Both the position numbers and the translations under genes were made by a program. A stretch of 64,000 bases of DNA from the NCBI RefSeq assembly GCF_009914755.1, contig NC_060931.1. One strand, written 5' to 3'. The first letter of the stretch is position 1, and every line of letters starts with the position of its first letter. The DNA comes from the human T2T-CHM13v2.0 reference genome, Homo sapiens. This document shows, in pieces, positions 58,896-64,000 of the stretch. The notes beneath the pieces are model-generated. The model was not told where the DNA came from and searched no databases. It was given only the letters and a program-made list of their open reading frames with translations.

Positions 58896-59630
58896 ATCTT
58901 TTAAGTTCAGGGGTACATATGCAGGTTTGTTACATAAGTAAACGTGTGCCATGGGGGTTGGCTGTATAGATTATTTTATCACCCAGATATTAAGCCTAGT
59001 ACCCATTAGTTATTTTTCTGGTCCTCTCCCTCCTCCCACCCTCCACCCACCGATAGGTCCTAGTGTGTGTTGTTCCCCTCTATGTGTCTCAGCATTTAGC
59101 TCCCACTTATAAGTGAGAACAGGAGGTATTTGGTTTTCTGTTCCTGCATTAATTTGCTAAGGATAATGGCCTCCAGCTCCATCCATGTCCATACAAATAA
59201 GGTGATTTCGTTCTTTCTTATGGCTACAGAGTAGTCCATGGTGTATATATACCACCTTTTCTTTATCCAGTCTATCATTGATGGGCATTTAGGTTGGTTT
59301 CATGCCTTTGCTATTGTAAATAGTACTGCAGTGAACATACACATGCATGTGTCTTCTTAACAGAACAATTTAAATTCTTTTGGGCATATACCCAGTAATG
59401 GGATTGCTGAGTCGAATGTTATTTCTATCTTGAGGTCTTTGAGGAATCACCACACTGTTTTCCATAATGGTTGAACTAACTTACACTCCCACCAACAATG
59501 TATAAGCATTTCTTTTTCTCTACAGTCTCACCAGCATCTGTTTTTTGACTTTTAATAATAGCCATTAGACTGGTGTTAGATGGTATTTCATTGTGGTTTT
59601 GATTTGCATTTCTCTAATGATCAGTGATGT
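58896..59630 (-). mobile_element. 5'-truncated L1PA (PA13-16-like) 3' end
   Basis: TTAAGTTCAGGGGTACATATGCAGGTTTGTTAC L1PA 3' UTR; ORF2 C-terminus DWIKKRWYIYTMDY. Confidence 0.88.
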
Positions 59631-61505
59631 TTGTGCCCATCCTTCTTGAGGATTTCCAGGTATTTGAAGGGACTTGGGCCCCAAGTCCAATATCACTGTG
59701 GCTTTGGCAGACTGAAAGAGATACCACCTTGGTTGTCTTGGATAAGATCTGCAAGAATTCTCTGGGTAACCAGGCAGAGACTCTTGTTCTTTTCCCTTAC
59801 TTTCTCCCAAACAGAGTTTCTCTCTGTGCTGAGCTGTCTGGAACTAGGGGTGTGGTCATGAAAGCACCATGCTAGTGTTAGCACGGCCACTAGGTCTTGC
59901 CTAAGGCCCGCTGTAACAACCACCTGGCTACCACCTTTGTTCACTCAAGGCCCTAGGGCTCTACAATCAGCAAGTGAAGCCAGTGCAGTTTGTGTCCTTC
60001 CCTTCAGGATGTTGAGTTCCCCCAGGCGGGTCCAGAGATGCTGCTTGGGAGCCAGGGATTGGAGTCAAGAATCTTAAAAATTTGCCTTATGTTCTATTCT
60101 TCTGTGGCTAAGCTGGCATTCAAACCACAATATATATTTCTCCCCATTCTTCCCTCTCCTTTCCATAGGCGAGGAGCCTCCCTGTGAGCACTGCCACCAC
60201 CACTGGCCTATCATGGGGTTCTGCCAGGTCACCACTGATGTTCACTTAATGCCCAAGGGCTCCTCATTCATCTTGTGGTGAATGCTGCCAGTCCTGAAAC
60301 TCAGCCTTCAGGGCCATGGGCTCTGCTCTGGCCCCAGGGCAGATCCAGAAAGGCTGTTCAAGAGCCTAGTTCTGGAATCGGGAACCCCACACTTTTGCTT
60401 ACGGCTCTACCCCACTGTTGTGGAGCTGGTACCTTAGGTGAAAGACAAAGTCCCATTTACTTTTCTCTCTGCTTTTCTCAAACAGAAAGGTCTTTCACTG
60501 TAGCCACCACAGCTGGGAATGTGCTGAGTCACGTCTACAGTCAGCATGTTTCAGAGTCCAAGGACCACAGCATACTACTTGGTTATCTCTGCTGGTTATT
60601 CAGGCACCAAGGACTCTTTAGTCATTAGGTGATGTATCCTGCCAGGACTGGGTCCTTCCTTCAAGGCAATGGGTTCCCTTTGACTCAACATGTGTCTAGA
60701 AATGTCATATGGGAGACAGGGCTTGAAAAGGGGACATCATAACCCTGACTGGTGCCATATCCTACTGTGGCTAAGCTGGTAACCAAGATGCAAGACAACT
60801 CCTCTTTACTCTTTGCTCTCCTCACCTTAATTAGAAGAAATAGGACACTTTTGTTGTCACAAGCTGCTCTGCCTAGGGTTGGAGTCGAATTGGCTCAAGC
60901 ACTTCTTCAGCCACTCCAGCTGGTGTCTCCCTAGGTCATGTGCCCCCTAGTCCTCTGGCTCTGAGCCCAGCCCAGCACTAGGATTTGCCTAGGAATTGCG
61001 GTCCTTCTGGGCTGCCTTTCAAGTTTACCTAAGACTCCAGAGTACTTTGGCCCATGGTGCCAAAGCTTTCCAAGAAGCTGAAGTTCTGACCGATGGGATG
61101 AGTGATTCCCCTTTTGCTAGGTCTGGTCCAAATGCTTTCTCCATGTGCTGGCACTAGCTGAGTCCAGGCTGGCTTTTCTCTCTGCTATGACAGAGTAGCA
61201 ATGAGTTCAGTGTATGCCTCCCAGTCACTGTGCTCTCCCTACCCTAAATGCACAGGCTCTCTGCACTACAGAGCCATTGCCAGGAAATTGGGAAGGGGTG
61301 ATGTCGCTGATTCAAGACTGTCTCTCCAACCCTTCTCTATGCCTCTTTCAATGATACAAAGTTAAAACCAAGTACTATGATTGCTCACCTGAGTTTTGGT
61401 ACCTGTGATGGTTCTTTTCTGTATCCAGTTGTTAAAATTTGGTGTTTCTGCAGGGAATATGAATGGTGTAGGCTTCTATTCTGCCATCTTGCTCCATCCC
61501 TCCTC
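59631..61505 (-). mobile_element. L1MA 5' UTR
   Basis: Ends GGCTTCTATTCTGCCATCTTGCTCC (reverse complement of the L1 5' GGAGCAAGATGGC start). Confidence 0.85.
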
Positions 61506-61937
61506 TTCTTATAGAAGCCCCTGAGTTTTAATGGGTAGCCAAATAAAGATATATTTCTTTTGGCTTCCTGGAGTTTCTAACTGATTTATTTGCAATGCCG
61601 TTTGGTAGACCAGATACTACTTTACTACCATTCACCACTAACTTCAGTCCTACGCTCAGCCAAATGACAACATTCATGACTCTTTTTTGATACCTATGGG
61701 CTCTTCTGTGTATGACCGCTGGACCAGATGATCTCTAAGAAATCTTCCAGCAATCAGTGGTTCTGGGAAAACACATGGGATGATGTTCATTTCTCTTAGT
61801 CGATATTGCAATTACTTAGTGGGTTTTCTCTTTTTCTCAAAATTTAACAGGAAATTTGAAATGATCTTGGTTTTAAAATTCTCAGATGTCTTCTGCATGT
61901 TAAACCTATCAAATATTTATTTAGGAGACGGATGGCA

Positions 61938-62342
61938 TATTGTGGTTGCTGTAACAAAATACCATAAACCTGATGGCTTAAAACGATAGATTTTTTTATT
62001 CTTTCACAGCTCTGGAGGCCAAAAGTCCAAATTCCATGTGTCAGCAGGGCCACAAAGACTCTAGGGGAGAATCATTCCTTTCCTCCTCCAGTTTCTGGTG
62101 GCTCCAGGCCTTAGTGGGTTGGTGGTTGCATCACTTCAATACTTGTTTACATCTTCATATGGCCTTATCTATATCTTTGTCTGCTGTCTCTTACCAGGAC
62201 ACTTGTCATTAGATCTTGGTCTCATCTCAAGAACTTTAGTCCCATCTGCAAATATTTTATTTGTAAATAATATCACATCCACAAGTTCTGGGGATTAGGA
62301 CTTGGATATATGTTTTGGGGAGTCACCATTGAACTCACTACA
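61938..62342 (-). mobile_element. MLT1B/C-like MaLR LTR
   Basis: GCTGTAACAAAATACCATAAACCTGATGGCTTAAAAC; TCACAGCTCTGGAGGCCAAAAGTCC. Confidence 0.85.
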
Positions 62343-63292
62343 GATGGCTACATAAACAATCACTTATAAAATACATGCAGTAGAGCTATCTCATACTCTA
62401 ACAAGGAAATAATCATATTTCCCTTTTTAACTATTTACAAAAAAATGAAAAATTTGTTTTAAGATATTTTCATATGAATTGTGAAGCTACACGTTTAAAT
62501 AGCAATCTTTTCAATCTATCAATATCTTCTACATTATCATAGCATTTTCATTATTGTGAATTTTGTTCTAATTTTGGAATTTACTACTTCTTAAATAGAT
62601 AACAATTATTTAGAAAGAAGTCTTGGAAAAACCAATTTTTTTCTTCTGTTTAAAGAAACAAGTACACATAAATACAATCTTAAAATTCAACATAAAAGTA
62701 TGGAGAAAAAAATTATTCTCCTTCAATATTCCTTTCTTAATCCCTCTCTCTTCCTTAGACAAATAACAGTTTAAAATTTCTTTCCGAAACTTTTGGGCAT
62801 ACATAAAGGACAGTTGTTTGTGGGTTTTTTTGTTTATTATAAATGAGATTATGGTCAGTGAATTGCATTTTCTCTTTACCAATACCTCTTGAAGATATCT
62901 GTCTACATGGACATCTATACTATTATTTTTGTAACTGCACAATATTGATAGAAATAATGCGCCATAATTTGTTGATGAACATCTAATTTACTTTCAAATT
63001 TTTTATATCACAAAAATGTTTTAATGTCATATATCTTTAAGAACGTGCAAATATTTCTATAGGATAGATATTTAGAGGTAAAATTCTTTGGTCAAAGTTA
63101 TGCACATGTCCACTTTGATTTATCCTGCTCATTTGTCTTGCAAAATGCTCTGTGAAAGGGACAATTATGGCTAAAGAATAATCCTTACGTGGTCAATTAA
63201 CCAGCTATATTCTTCTATAATAGCTGGACAGATCATGTGGGCAAAAGGATATACATGTATATGTTTATATGCATCTGTATATTTTTATGTAC

Positions 63293-63295
<3 letters not shown>

Positions 63296-63327
<32 letters not shown>
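63296..63327 (+). repeat. (TG)16 microsatellite
   Basis: Uninterrupted TG run. Confidence 0.97.
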
Positions 63328-63331
<4 letters not shown>

Positions 63332-64000
63332 ATATACTGTTTGTTTTTTCTATCTAGGTGTTATAGAAAGCCACTTAGCATCAGCTGGATAAATTAGAAA
63401 AAAAGTCACTTATGCTAATATCCCCCCATCCACCCAAATAGGCTAAGCATCATACACTCAAATAAGGAAAAAGAGAGCCATTTTTTTCAGTGTAGTAAAC
63501 AAACCACAATAAAAAAAAAAAACCTAAAAGAAAAAAGTAGCATCTGTTCTGCTTTATGGACCAGTGCCATGGTCCCAAGGCAGAACACTCTCTCAGTTCA
63601 AGAATTCGCCCTGAGAATGGAGGCAGCTCCAAAATATCTAATGGAGGCATCTTAAATCAACACAAGAGCTCAATTCAACAATGCCATCACAACTCTGTAC
63701 TTTTTTCCCAACAGTTCTAGCAGAAGAAAACTTGCTAAAAGTTATATGTAACTTGAATTCCAAGGTGATCTGAATAAAATGAGTGCAGCACCACAAATTA
63801 TGTATTTAGATGCTTTTCAGCTAATCTAGGAAAGAAAGAATATCTTTTCCTCAGGCAAAAGGTTAAACTGGAGTGACAGTAGCATAAAAAAACTTATTGT
63901 GGTGCCTCAATAGCTGTCACTCCTGACTTCAGCACTCAGCATAATTATATCAACATAGTAATAAAAATAATTCCAAAGTATTTGAACATGGTATGTCCTT

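Overview
Primate (very likely human) AT-rich, non-coding genomic DNA, either intronic or intergenic. I find no credible protein-coding gene. The ORFs I can assign are decayed transposon reading frames (Tigger1 transposase, L1 ORF1/ORF2, ERV gag/env), Alu-derived frames or microsatellite frames; the rest are short and look like chance. More than half the window is interspersed repeat. The main elements are: a near-full-length Tigger1 (1-2343) and a second partial inverted copy; a complete ~8 kb two-LTR ERV1 provirus (28892-36878; MER61/LTR9/HUERS-P3-like, Pro-type PBS, no recognisable pol); two composite L1MA/L1PA chimeras (43733-52128, 57890-61505); a Charlie1 with nested elements; about 15 Alus; MaLR LTRs; MIR/L2; and several microsatellites. 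The provirus carries a 43-bp VNTR and an antisense LTR8-like fragment. The most interesting signals are structural: the provirus architecture, several microhomology-type local duplications and templated insertions, a probable L1-insertion-mediated deletion, and a few TE-free motif clusters and splice-site pairs that could be enhancers or lncRNA exons. I cannot support a claim of a novel biological system. Subfamily names come from recalled consensus sequences and need RepeatMasker/Dfam confirmation.
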